From positions 2,610,493 through 2,674,492 of the forward strand of contig CAXXGO010000006.1 of assembly GCA_963666835.2 (NCBI GenBank): a stretch of DNA of 64,000 nucleotides, read 5' to 3'. The position numbers were made by a program, and so were the translations under genes. The stretch is from Phycisphaerae bacterium. Lineage in GTDB: Bacteria; Planctomycetota; Phycisphaerae; UBA1845. The notes under the pieces are model-generated. The model was not told where the DNA came from. It did no database searches and was given only the letters and a program-made list of their open reading frames with translations. Below, piece after piece: positions 18,463 to 28,474 of the stretch (position 1 is the stretch's first letter; every line of letters starts with the position of its first letter).

Positions 18463-20613
18463 CTACTTCGACTCGCCGAACTTGATCGTCGTTCCCTCCG
18501 TGGCCGAGCGGACGGCCGCGAAGCTGGCTTCGGTGACCATTTCCAACTCCGCAAACGGGATGGGCGGGGCGCCGCCTTCGGTAACGCGTTTGATGAACGT
18601 GGCCACCTCGGCCTTGTGCCCCTTCTCCTGGCGGATCTTCATCTTAGGAGCGCCGGGCCAGCCGAAGGACTCCAACTGCCGCCAATTGTCGATTACCAAA
18701 ACGCGCCCCTCGCTGAAGATCTCCACGCGTTCCTTGGGATACGACTTCGGTCCGTTGGCCAGGTAATGCACGGTTCCGATGGAGCCGTCGGCGAACGTCA
18801 TGTTGATCGTCATCTTGTCGTCGCGAATGCCGCCGGTTTCCGGCCCGAACATCACGGCGCTGGTTGACGAAATCGGGTGGCCTACCAGAAAGAGAATAAG
18901 GTCGATGAAGTGGCAGCCCTCGCCGATGATCCGGCCGCCACCGACTGCCGGATCGTGATGCCAGGAGTCCGGCGGGATGTCCCCGGCGTTGACCATCATG
19001 GTAATCGCCACCGGCTCGGCGCGGCCGGCAAGTAGCTGTTTCGCCTTGACCGCGTGAGGAGCGAACCGCCGATTGAATCCCACCATTACAAGCTGGTCCG
19101 GATGGCGCGCGTGAGCTTCACGCACCAGCTCCAATCCTGCATGGTCGATGGCCAGTGGCTTCTCGATGAACACGTGTTTGCCGGCGTCGAGGGCTTCGGC
19201 GGCCATCGTGGCGTGCGTGTGGTGCGTCGTACTGACAAAGACCGTGCCGACATCCGGCGACTCGATAACCGCGCGGTAGTCCGTGGCCGTCTCCGCAGCT
19301 TCGAACTTCTGCCCGGCGTGCGCGGCAGACACGCCGCCGGCACTGGCGATCGCGTGGATGGGAATCCCGGTCTCTTTGATGGCCGGAAGAAGGACCAGCT
19401 TAGTGAAGTTGCCGGCGCCGATGACGCCGACTCCTGCGCGGCTTGGCCTGGCTGAGACGGTTGGCGCTTTCGGCCTGCGGATCACCCGGTTGGTTGGCGG
19501 GGGTTGATCCGGATAGGTCAGCACCACACCCAGCGCGCTGTTGTCATTCAGGATTATGTCGTAGGCGTCTTCGGGGCGAGCTTGTTCAATGCGTTTCGAG
19601 ATCAGCGACTCGGCATCCAGTCTCTTCTGGGCTATCGCATCGAGAATCGCCTCGAAGTTCCGTGCCACCGTCCAACGAACATAGGGCAACGGGTAGTCCT
19701 GTACCCTCTGCTCGTAGGCGCTGTCGTAGCGACCCGGTCCGTACGAACAAGACACCTGGAACGACAGCTCCTTCTCATAGAAATCAGCTCGACGCAGGTT
19801 GAGGCCTATGACCCCGACGAGGACTATCCGGCCGCGCTTGCGGCACATCTCCGTGGCCTGATGAATGATCTCATCGCTTTTGGAGGAGGCCGTGATAATG
19901 ACCCCGTCGACCCCGCGACCCTGGCTGAATGCCGTGGCCGCGACGACCGGGTTGGTTCCCTCGGAGACAGTCAGCGTGCGACATCCGAACTTCTCGGCGA
20001 GCTTGCACCGTTCACCGTTGACGTCGATCCCCAAGACGTTGGCACCATTAGCGCGGAGAAGCTGGGCGGCAATCAGACCCAGGAGCCCCAGCCCCACTAC
20101 GACGAAATCTTCCCCTAAGGTCGGCTCCGCGAGACGGACCCCGTGCAGGGCAATCGCTCCGAGAACCGTCAGGCTGGCCTCGTCGTCCGATACTCCGTCC
20201 GGGATTCGCGCGGCCAGGGTCGCGGGCACGTGGACCATTTCCGCATGTGCGCCGTTCGAGGCCACGCGGTCCCCGATGGAGAAGCCCTGCACTCCGGCCC
20301 CGACTTCGACAACCCGTCCGACATTGCAGTAGCCCAGCGGGAGCGGCTCGTCGAGCCGGCTGAAGACCACCTCCAGCGTCGGCAGCAGACCGTCGGTCTT
20401 AACCTTCTGAAGCACCTGGCGGACTTTGTCGGGCTGGGCTCGAGCCTTGCCGATCAACCCGGCCTGGCTGAACTCGACTAAGGAGCGCTCGGTCCCGGCG
20501 GAGATCAGACTGCGTGTCGTCTGAATCAGCAGGTGCCCGGGCGACACTTTGGGACAAGGGACGTCCGCCAGCTCGATCTGCCCACTCCGAAGATGCTGCA
20601 AAACCTGTTTCAC
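18463..20613 (-). CDS. Bi-domain oxidoreductase (Zn-type dehydrogenase plus Gfo/Idh/MocA), of the kind found in polysaccharide clusters
   Basis: 'SLISAGTE', 'GLGLLG', 'YEKEL.FQVSCSYGPGRYD', 'IGAGNF', 'EKPLA', 'GFNRRF'; GTG start with GGGAGA RBS. Confidence 0.9.
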   Translation of the reverse strand: MKQVLQHLRSGQIELADVPCPKVSPGHLLIQTTRSLISAGTERSLVEFSQAGLIGKARAQPDKVRQVLQKVKTDGLLPTLEVVFSRLDEPLPLGYCNVGRVVEVGAGVQGFSIGDRVASNGAHAEMVHVPATLAARIPDGVSDDEASLTVLGAIALHGVRLAEPTLGEDFVVVGLGLLGLIAAQLLRANGANVLGIDVNGERCKLAEKFGCRTLTVSEGTNPVVAATAFSQGRGVDGVIITASSKSDEIIHQATEMCRKRGRIVLVGVIGLNLRRADFYEKELSFQVSCSYGPGRYDSAYEQRVQDYPLPYVRWTVARNFEAILDAIAQKRLDAESLISKRIEQARPEDAYDIILNDNSALGVVLTYPDQPPPTNRVIRRPKAPTVSARPSRAGVGVIGAGNFTKLVLLPAIKETGIPIHAIASAGGVSAAHAGQKFEAAETATDYRAVIESPDVGTVFVSTTHHTHATMAAEALDAGKHVFIEKPLAIDHAGLELVREAHARHPDQLVMVGFNRRFAPHAVKAKQLLAGRAEPVAITMMVNAGDIPPDSWHHDPAVGGGRIIGEGCHFIDLILFLVGHPISSTSAVMFGPETGGIRDDKMTINMTFADGSIGTVHYLANGPKSYPKERVEIFSEGRVLVIDNWRQLESFGWPGAPKMKIRQEKGHKAEVATFIKRVTEGGAPPIPFAELEMVTEASFAAVRSATEGTTIKFGESK

Positions 20614-20671
20614 CAGCCGTTCTCCCAACAGTTGCCCGAGGTTCGGACGCTTCGTACACGTATGCGACATC

Positions 20672-20804
20672 GCAAGCGCCGTCCTGACTCGGTGCCGCCC
20701 CTATCGGGGCTCCCGTCACGCAACACCATCGTCCCCGTGGCTCGCGCCACGGGCTAAGAAGAGCTGTCGCCCTTGCGGGCTTGCGTCATGCGCACCCGCG
20801 TTCC
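20672..20804. repeat. REP-like multi-hairpin intergenic element
   Basis: Hairpins gcccc-tatc-ggggc, cccgtggc-tcgc-gccacggg and gccc-ttgc-gggc. Confidence 0.5.
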
Positions 20805-21140
20805 TGTGGCCTACGGCGAACCTGTCAACCCTGTCGGGCTGACATAACGGCGATCCTCTGGGAGGCGAGCCGGCCTGGCAATACCGAAATCGCCGTGGGC
20901 GAGCGGTGCCAGATTCTCCAAGACGCCGGGAAGCGACGCTTTAGCGTCGTTGTACTACTCAGCCGGGCTGCTTCCACCCAAGCGCGCAAACAAGGTCCGG
21001 TCGTAGTAGTATCGGAATGGCGATGCCCTCGGCAGGCGTCATTTTCGTCGCGCGCCGGCTGCGAGCAGCGTCCGTCCCGGTGTTTGCTCCGGCGGCAAGA
21101 CTGCTGTTATTATCGGGCCGGTCGGTCCCGGGAATGGGGG

Positions 21141-23603
21141 ATGGCTGGTGTGTGGGCCGCAGAAGACCGATATCACCATGTGCTAACCGTGCCGACAGCT
21201 TTCCTTCTGACTGTGTGCCTGTGGGGCGCTGCCGCGGCCGTTGCGCTCGCCGCGCCGCCTGCGGCCGGCGGTGCGGTCAACGTGGCGTTGGGTAAGCCGT
21301 ACGAAGTGACCCTGCCCCCATCCTACCGGTTGTGTACGGATCCGGGCGATCTCGTTCAGCTTACCGACGGCATCAAAAGCGACGCGGACTGGCGAAGAAC
21401 CAGTACAGTCGGCTGGCAAGACCCGGCTCCGCAGCCATCGATCCTGATCGACCTGGGGAAGGTCGAGCCCATCGATGAGGTCCGGGTCCACACCGTCGGC
21501 GGGGGATTCGCCGGGGTGTTCTTTCCGCTTCAAGTCTCCGTGATGGTCAGCGATGACGGGCGTGTGTTCCACGCGGCGCGGGTGGAGAATCGCCCCGCAA
21601 AAGAGCCGGGAGGCCTGGCCGATTTCCGCAAGGTCCCGCACGTGATTCGGATGACCAACCTGCAAACTCGCGGAAGATTTGTCCAGGTGGGTTTGGTGGC
21701 CAACCAGCGCTACCTCTTCGTTGACGAAATCGAGGTGATGCGCGGATCGCACGACGTCGGAACCGTCCGCTTCGAGGAAGACAACAGATTCGTCCCAAAC
21801 GACTGTTCGAGGGTGCTGGCGGCGGCTCGGCAATTCGATCGGGTCACGGCGGAGATCGGGCGATTCTCTGATGCGATAGACGGCGCAGATGGCGGCTTGG
21901 CATTCCGTGAGGCCGTCGACGAGCTGAAGACGCTGGCCCGGGCGACTCCGCCGCATGTCCCCTCGCGGGTTGAGCGGCTGGAGCGGCAACTTCGTTCCAC
22001 GCGACTCCGTTGGCTGAACCACGACCGGGGTGACGAACTGCGGTGGTGGCAGGCCAATCCGATGGCTCAGCTTCGCCCGGGCGATGCGCTAAACGCCCCG
22101 AGTGAGCCACCGCGGGAGCTTGTCGTCGAACTGTGGCGCGGGGAGTACGAATCCGCGGCCGTGAACGTGGCCGGCGGAGCAAGCGGGGACCGCAGTCTGA
22201 TGATAGCGGTCTCGCCGCTGCGTACGCCGAGCGGAACGTACCTTCCGGCGGACGAGACGCTGACGTTCCGCCGCGCCGTATTGGTGGAGGCCCCCAATGC
22301 CGGGGTCGTCGGCGACGCGTTAGTGAAAATGGCGGATCGGATCCTCCCGCTCAAGGCGGGCAGCGCCAGCCAGTTCTGGCTCACGGTTCACAATCCCGAT
22401 CTTCCGGCCGGGGAGTATCAGTTTGCCCTTCGGCTGGATGCCGGTGAGGCCGGCGGACCGCCTGGCATCACGATTCCGGGGCGGATCGTCGTGCATCCGC
22501 GGCAGATCCCCAAGGAGATCCCGCTCAAGACGATCAACTGGGCGTACCTGAGCCACCTGGGATATCCGGACAATGTTCTGCGGGCGGTAGTTGAGGATCT
22601 GCGGGATCATTACATCAACGTCTACGTGACGCCGAGTACGGAGGTTCCCGGAGCGGTGATCGGCTCCGACGGAGCCGTAAAGGTGGATTTCTCCAAGCTG
22701 GATCGGTCGCTGGATCTGTTTCCCGATGCCGACCGGTATCTCTTCTTCTGGGGTCTGACGTCTCGCAGCCTCGAGCGGTTCCGGCGGTTCGGTCCGTGGA
22801 TGAGCGCAGAGTGGAAGGCCCGGATGGCCGAGTATCTTGCCGCTTGGGTAACGCACCTGCGCGAGCAAGGGATAGGCTACGATCGGTTCGCGATGTATCC
22901 CTTCGACGAGAGTCTTTGCGATGCGTTCTTCGATCTGGCCAAGTTCATCAAGGAGACGGATCCACAGATCCAGGTGTTCGCCAACAGCGTGGGGCGCGGC
23001 GATCGCGACGTGAAGCGTTTCGCCGACTACGTGGATATCTGGTGTTTGTTGGAGACGTCGGGGAAGTCGGCTGGTGCTCGGGTGGTTCTCAAGGCTCGCG
23101 GTGGGAAGGAAAGGTGGCGTTACAACTGCGCCGGGGATGCCAAGTCGCTGTCGCCTTACGCGTATTATCGCCTGCAAGCCTGGCGGGCGTGGGCGGTTCA
23201 GGACACCGGAACGGCGTTCTGGGTTTACGCCAGCGGGCGGAGCCGCGGCTCGTGCAACGGCTGGGATGACTTCAGTTGCGGGCACGGCCGATGGTCCGTA
23301 GTGTACGATGGCGAAAATGCTCCCGTGGATGCCGCGGGCGAGGTTTATGTCCCTTCGCGACGCTGGGAGGCGTGGCGCGATGGTGTTGAAGACTACGTTT
23401 ACCTTCATACACTACGAGAGCGGGTTAACGCGCTGCGGCGACGAGATCCGGCCGCGGCGTTGATTCGCGAGGCGGAGGGACTGCTGGATAGGGTCGTTCG
23501 CCGGGTGTTGGAGGACTCCGCCGATCCGGACCGGGCTTACGAGGCCCGCCGGCAGATTACCGATATGATCATCCGCCTTGATCGGGTGTTGGCAGGCCGT
23601 TGA
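21141..23603 (+). CDS. Secreted carbohydrate-active protein: discoidin/F5-8-like domain plus putative glycoside hydrolase (DUF4091-like C-terminus)
   Basis: Signal-like helix; 'NVALGKPY..QLTDG..IDLG'; 'FDE', 'VDIWC', 'PSRRWEAWRDGVEDY.YL'. Confidence 0.7.
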   Translation: MAGVWAAEDRYHHVLTVPTAFLLTVCLWGAAAAVALAAPPAAGGAVNVALGKPYEVTLPPSYRLCTDPGDLVQLTDGIKSDADWRRTSTVGWQDPAPQPSILIDLGKVEPIDEVRVHTVGGGFAGVFFPLQVSVMVSDDGRVFHAARVENRPAKEPGGLADFRKVPHVIRMTNLQTRGRFVQVGLVANQRYLFVDEIEVMRGSHDVGTVRFEEDNRFVPNDCSRVLAAARQFDRVTAEIGRFSDAIDGADGGLAFREAVDELKTLARATPPHVPSRVERLERQLRSTRLRWLNHDRGDELRWWQANPMAQLRPGDALNAPSEPPRELVVELWRGEYESAAVNVAGGASGDRSLMIAVSPLRTPSGTYLPADETLTFRRAVLVEAPNAGVVGDALVKMADRILPLKAGSASQFWLTVHNPDLPAGEYQFALRLDAGEAGGPPGITIPGRIVVHPRQIPKEIPLKTINWAYLSHLGYPDNVLRAVVEDLRDHYINVYVTPSTEVPGAVIGSDGAVKVDFSKLDRSLDLFPDADRYLFFWGLTSRSLERFRRFGPWMSAEWKARMAEYLAAWVTHLREQGIGYDRFAMYPFDESLCDAFFDLAKFIKETDPQIQVFANSVGRGDRDVKRFADYVDIWCLLETSGKSAGARVVLKARGGKERWRYNCAGDAKSLSPYAYYRLQAWRAWAVQDTGTAFWVYASGRSRGSCNGWDDFSCGHGRWSVVYDGENAPVDAAGEVYVPSRRWEAWRDGVEDYVYLHTLRERVNALRRRDPAAALIREAEGLLDRVVRRVLEDSADPDRAYEARRQITDMIIRLDRVLAGR

Positions 23604-23686
23604 AATGGGGGGCCGGCTCCGAGCAGGTTTCCATTTACGGCGCCGGCAGACGTCTTCGGCGAGGTGCCTGTACCCTGTTTCAACGG
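23597..23686. repeat. Short MITE/REP-like element with terminal inverted repeats
   Basis: CCGTTGAAA...TTTCAACGG ends; the left arm contains the TGA stop of the upstream gene. Confidence 0.45.
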
Positions 23687-23760
23687 ATTGTCAGGGGGTG
23701 CGGGGCGGAGAGTCCGGCGCGGAAGACCGGTCGTGGTACCGAGCAGGGAGATTGCCGTAG

Positions 23761-25143
23761 ATGACACCTCAATACTCGCTAGACGTTGCGGGGCGGCTCC
23801 AGGCGTTTCTGGATGCCTTCGGCCCGGTTGGCGTTGCCGTCCTGACGTTGATGGTGGCGGCGTGTGTTATCTACCAGTTGCTGCGCGGGTCGGGGTTGTC
23901 GTTGCTGCTGTTGTTGGTTTCGTATTCCTTCGTGTTTGTTGATGTCAACGCGGTTAACACCGGGGCCTTCTTCGTTCGGACGCTCTCGCTCGGGTTGTTG
24001 GTGCTGGGGGCCTGTCGCAGTCTGGTGATACCCGGATGGGCATTCTACGGCATGGTGGGATATGTTCTGCTCGGGGTGATCTTCTCGGCCCGGGCTCCCG
24101 ATATCAGTTGGGCTCTGCAGAGTGCCGGACTTTTGGCGGTGACGATTGTGGCTCTGACTGCGGGACTGGGCCAGTACCTGGCATCTTACGCGAAGGTTGA
24201 GACGCTCTTTCGGTTGTTCGTTATAGCCGGCGTCGTTTGGACGTTGGCCAGCATCCCCGCGCTTCTTGATTTCATCGCCGGCCGGACGTTGCGTTTTGCC
24301 GGCGGTACCGGGGTGCTGGCGACAAACTACGCCGGGTCCGGAGTGATGTTCCTTCCGTTTATGTTGTGGGCTACGGTGCAGAGAGGTCACGTCTTTTGGA
24401 GGGTAGTAGGAATCGGCGGGCTGTTGATCATCCCGCTTTGCCTGTTTCTCAGCGGGACGCGAACGGCGCTGGTGGCGTCGACGCTCGCTTGTGCTCCGTT
24501 GGTTCTTCGCGGCGGAGTAAGCCGAACGGCGCGGGCCTGGATCCTCCTGGCGGTGTTGGCGGTCAGCGCGGTGTTTCTGGCGCGGCATCTCCTTCAGGGG
24601 CGAGGCCTGGGTTTTCTGACTGATCGGCTGACGTCGACGAGCCTATCCGGACGAGAAGCCCTCTGGTCCAAGGCGTTCGGCGTGTGCAAGGAGAGCCCGC
24701 TGGTTGGTCGAGGGATTGGATCGCAGAGCGCCCTGGCGAAGGAGGCCGGGTTCGGCAATTTCCACAACGCTTACCTTTCCATCTGGTGCAATACGGGGAT
24801 TCTGGGTCTTATGTTGGTGATGTCGGTTCTGTTCGGGTATCTGTGGCGGGCGTTCGCACTGATGCGCCGGGTGCGACATCCCGTGGCGATGGACGCGGCG
24901 CGCGTATCTTTGGGGTTTTTGGTTGCGTTGTGCGCGTTGGGGATCGTCGAGTCCAGCTTCGCCAGCCCGAGTAACTCGTCCATTGCCATCCTTCTGATCG
25001 GCGCCACTTTGGTGAACCGGGTCGGGAAACTAACCGAGCAGGATGAGGCCGATCATGCGGCGTGGCTGGCGGTAGTCAGGAGCAGCCAAACCGGTTCTTC
25101 TCCGAGTCCGGCGCCCGATCGTTCTGCTCCTCAGCCGGGTTGA
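23761..25143 (+). CDS. O-antigen ligase / Wzy-type polymerase family membrane protein
   Basis: Multi-pass membrane protein; 'LSGTRTA', 'SGREALW', 'PLVGRGIG', 'FHNAYL...GILG'. Confidence 0.85.
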   Translation: MTPQYSLDVAGRLQAFLDAFGPVGVAVLTLMVAACVIYQLLRGSGLSLLLLLVSYSFVFVDVNAVNTGAFFVRTLSLGLLVLGACRSLVIPGWAFYGMVGYVLLGVIFSARAPDISWALQSAGLLAVTIVALTAGLGQYLASYAKVETLFRLFVIAGVVWTLASIPALLDFIAGRTLRFAGGTGVLATNYAGSGVMFLPFMLWATVQRGHVFWRVVGIGGLLIIPLCLFLSGTRTALVASTLACAPLVLRGGVSRTARAWILLAVLAVSAVFLARHLLQGRGLGFLTDRLTSTSLSGREALWSKAFGVCKESPLVGRGIGSQSALAKEAGFGNFHNAYLSIWCNTGILGLMLVMSVLFGYLWRAFALMRRVRHPVAMDAARVSLGFLVALCALGIVESSFASPSNSSIAILLIGATLVNRVGKLTEQDEADHAAWLAVVRSSQTGSSPSPAPDRSAPQPG

Positions 25144-25379
25144 TCGAGGATCCGCGGACGTCTGCGCTGGTTTGCTGGGGGCTTTCCGGCGCGTCGCGTG
25201 TGTTGTTGCGTTGTCAATGCCGGGCGGGTCGTCATGCCTGGTTCCGCCATGTGCCACCTCTGTTGAAAGGTGCCTGAGGTGTGCCACTGCTCTTGAGCAG
25301 TGCTGGGACGGGACACGGTACTGATTGCACCCGAACGCTCGTGTGTGACGGAGCATTCGTCCCGATTACATAACGGACG

Positions 25380-26780
25380 TTAAGTTCCCCGCTCGTCTTC
25401 CGGGTCGAGGTTGTCCGGTGAGATCTTCTCCCCGCCGCCGAAGTCGGAGATGACGAAGCCGGCTATGAACACGCCGAACCACGTCAGGCTTGATACGATG
25501 TTCCCGATGCAGAACGCCCATGCCGCCCCTTTCAACCCCAGGCCCATTGCCCATCCGGGAATGAGAATAAGTGCGGGGATCAGGTGACCGAGCAGTGAAC
25601 CCGCGCCGATCAGAATGAGCATTCGCCGTGATGAGAACTTCAGGACAAACGGTCTGGTGGCCAGCGAAAGGACCGCGGTAGACACCCCGATCATCATGAT
25701 GCCCATCGGGTCCAATGCGTCTTCCGCGACCTTGGGGAACATCAGGTCGAGGATCCACGGCGCCAGCAACCGGGAGACAACGTACAGGCACACGGTTCCG
25801 GCGACTGCCGCAAGGGTGTACAGCGTGAGAAACGAATGCGAGAATCGTTTCATCGAATCGTGGGCGACCATGAGCTGGAAGCCGAACAAGCCAAGGGTGT
25901 TGACGGGCATGAGCAGCAGCGTAAGGACCGTTGTTGCTGCGGTGAAGACGGCGACTTCCTCGAAGGCGTCGCTCATGCCGAGGGTTGTGCGGTGAATCAG
26001 CCTCCCGGATTGGAGCAGGAAAGAGCTTACCGACAGGACAGCCCAGCTCGATGATACCCGCCGGGCCATGGCGCGGTCGAGCTGGGGGCGTTTGATGAAC
26101 TCGCGGCGGCGGGTGTACAACAGCAGCGCCAGGGCCATCCCATGTCCGGCGGCGTAGCCAAGCGGGAAGCCCGTTGCGCCAAGGAGGAAGAAGGCCGGTA
26201 TGCTCGACAGCGTGAGTATGAAGCCGAGACTCCGCCAAAACGTGCGCCGGGCGAACTCGCGGGTGAAAGTCAGATCGACGGAGACTACCTGAAGGATGTT
26301 CCGTGCTGCAAACCCCAGGGCGATTATGGCAATCCACGCCACCGTCTGCGGAGCTTCAGTCAGCGGGTCCGCCATGCCGGTTTCCACGACCCCAATGCAC
26401 CCGAGTAGGGTCAGCGCGAGAGCAACGCCGACCACTCCGACCGCCAGCGAGAACGAGGTCCGCAGAAGCAGACCGCGGCGATCGTCCGCGACGGATTTGA
26501 GGTTCCTCAGCAGTGCGTCACACAGTCCCGAAACCGGCACCATTCCAACCATGCCGACTGCTCCGAACACCCAGGCGAATCGGCCGAAACCGTCTTTGTC
26601 CAGGTAATGGCAGCAGAGCGGAAACACGATGAGGGGCATGATGCCCATGCTGAGAACGGCCTCGAGAATGTACCAAAGCAGGTACTTCGTCAGACGTCGT
26701 CCCTTCTTCAGAATACCCTCTTCGCGTGGAGAATCGGTGGGCTGGGCGGGCTCGGATGATTGCGCGGTTGGTTTGCTCAT
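25380..26780 (-). CDS. Oligosaccharide flippase (Wzx-like)
   Basis: About twelve hydrophobic helices; 'YLDKDGFG' and 'GLKGAAWA' motifs; cluster context. Confidence 0.75.
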   Translation of the reverse strand: MSKPTAQSSEPAQPTDSPREEGILKKGRRLTKYLLWYILEAVLSMGIMPLIVFPLCCHYLDKDGFGRFAWVFGAVGMVGMVPVSGLCDALLRNLKSVADDRRGLLLRTSFSLAVGVVGVALALTLLGCIGVVETGMADPLTEAPQTVAWIAIIALGFAARNILQVVSVDLTFTREFARRTFWRSLGFILTLSSIPAFFLLGATGFPLGYAAGHGMALALLLYTRRREFIKRPQLDRAMARRVSSSWAVLSVSSFLLQSGRLIHRTTLGMSDAFEEVAVFTAATTVLTLLLMPVNTLGLFGFQLMVAHDSMKRFSHSFLTLYTLAAVAGTVCLYVVSRLLAPWILDLMFPKVAEDALDPMGIMMIGVSTAVLSLATRPFVLKFSSRRMLILIGAGSLLGHLIPALILIPGWAMGLGLKGAAWAFCIGNIVSSLTWFGVFIAGFVISDFGGGEKISPDNLDPEDERGT

Positions 26781-26877
26781 TACTCGTAGCGACTCAGCGT
26801 GTGAGGGTGGGGTGGCGAATCGCGCAGGTCGCTTCCGAGCACTCGCGATACCAGACGTTGTCTTCTGTCATCGGCGA

Positions 26878-27963
26878 TCAGGACAGGGCCTTTCGGTATA
26901 CGTCAGTCAGCATGCGGGCGCAGTTGACAATCTCAAACTTCTCGCGGAACAGCTTCTGGGCCTGAGCACCCATGTTCGCCCAGTTGTCTGCGTTCTCCGC
27001 GAAATCTTCCAAGACCGTGGTCAGAGCGTCAACGTCTCCCACCTGGATGATCTGCCCGGTCGTTCCGGGGAATACGGTGTCGCTGGCCCCCGGGACCGCG
27101 GTTCGGATCAGGGGCAATCCGCACATGCCGGCCTCGACCGGGGCAACCGCGAAGGCCTCTGAGTTACTCACCAAGGCGCATACGTCGGTCGCCGGAAGCA
27201 CATCGGCGGAATCAACCCACCCGGGCATGATGACCTTGGCACTAACCCCCCGCTGGCTGGCTAAATCTCTGAGGTCTGCCAGACCCGGTCCGTCTCCCGC
27301 GATCAGCAGACGCAGATCCGGATAACGCGCGTGTATTCGCCCCAATGCCTCGATCAGCAGGTGATGGCCTTTGACCGGACATAATCTTCCCAGCGATACA
27401 ATCACTCGATCGGTCGGACTGAGCCCGTATCGGGCTCGAAGGCGCCCTTTCGTAGCGTCATCTACCGACGTAAACCTCTCGCTGTCCACACCGTGCGGCA
27501 CGACTGCGATGCGCTCCCGAGGGATGCCTATGCGATTGTGCATGTAGTCGGCGGCCTCGCTTGTCAAGCAGATAATCCAGTCGCCCCAGCAGGAGAGTTT
27601 GATCTGTAGCCAGCCCTCGGCGGTTTTCTCCGAGTGTAAGGTGGACACATGCGGGACCCGGAGGCGGCGGGCGAGTATTCTGCCGAACACGTTTGCGTAG
27701 CGCCAATGGGTGTGGACTATATCCACGTTCCAATTGCTCAGCCACCGCATCGTGCTTTGATGGGCCTGCGGCCAGCTCCTTACGCGGCGGATCGGGATGA
27801 TGTGCTGCGGGATGTCATGGAGATCGGCGAACTCGCGTCCCGGCCCGTCACCTCCGATGATCGTCACCTCGTGTCCCAACCTGCGCAGGCCGATAGCGCG
27901 GTTGACCACCGATAGGCAGACCCCGTCGCGGAGCAGCAGTTTGACCACCATCGCAATCTTCAT
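26878..27963 (-). CDS. Glycosyltransferase family 4
   Basis: 'GRLCPVKG', 'EAFAVAPVEAGMCGLP' (ExxxxxxxE). Confidence 0.9.
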   Translation of the reverse strand: MKIAMVVKLLLRDGVCLSVVNRAIGLRRLGHEVTIIGGDGPGREFADLHDIPQHIIPIRRVRSWPQAHQSTMRWLSNWNVDIVHTHWRYANVFGRILARRLRVPHVSTLHSEKTAEGWLQIKLSCWGDWIICLTSEAADYMHNRIGIPRERIAVVPHGVDSERFTSVDDATKGRLRARYGLSPTDRVIVSLGRLCPVKGHHLLIEALGRIHARYPDLRLLIAGDGPGLADLRDLASQRGVSAKVIMPGWVDSADVLPATDVCALVSNSEAFAVAPVEAGMCGLPLIRTAVPGASDTVFPGTTGQIIQVGDVDALTTVLEDFAENADNWANMGAQAQKLFREKFEIVNCARMLTDVYRKALS

Positions 27964-28474
27964 AGGCGTTGTCCGTTGAAAGTCCTGCGGGTCGCTACAA
28001 CCTTATCGGCTTAACGACCGTTGACGCAACGGGACTACCCTCGACTTCGTCCGGCACATCCCTGACGGCTTCGGTGGGAGGTAGTCCGAACACGCAGTGA
28101 ACGGTTGGATTGCAGAGTCTCTTGCTATATTGCAGTCAGGCGGGCTAGGGCCCTTCTGTGAGACGGATGGGCCGTGGGGACGCCGGATGATGCTCCACCT
28201 GGCCGGCGGATGCGTCGACGTGTAACGGATGGGGCATCGCCTAGGGATGCCGTTGACGCGAAACATGGGCGGCCCGATCGGCGGGCGCGAGCGGTGATGG
28301 AGCATCGGAATTCGAGTCCGTGGATGCGGTTGGTGGATCTGTGGATTCGGTTGACTATGGTGTCATAACGTGCCCGGGTCCACGGTGGAACACCCAGGCT
28401 CTCGGAGGGCCGGCGTGAAGTGCAAGTGCGGGAGTTCCGCGGCGATGTTAAGTGGGTTTCCCAGAGGGTGACAA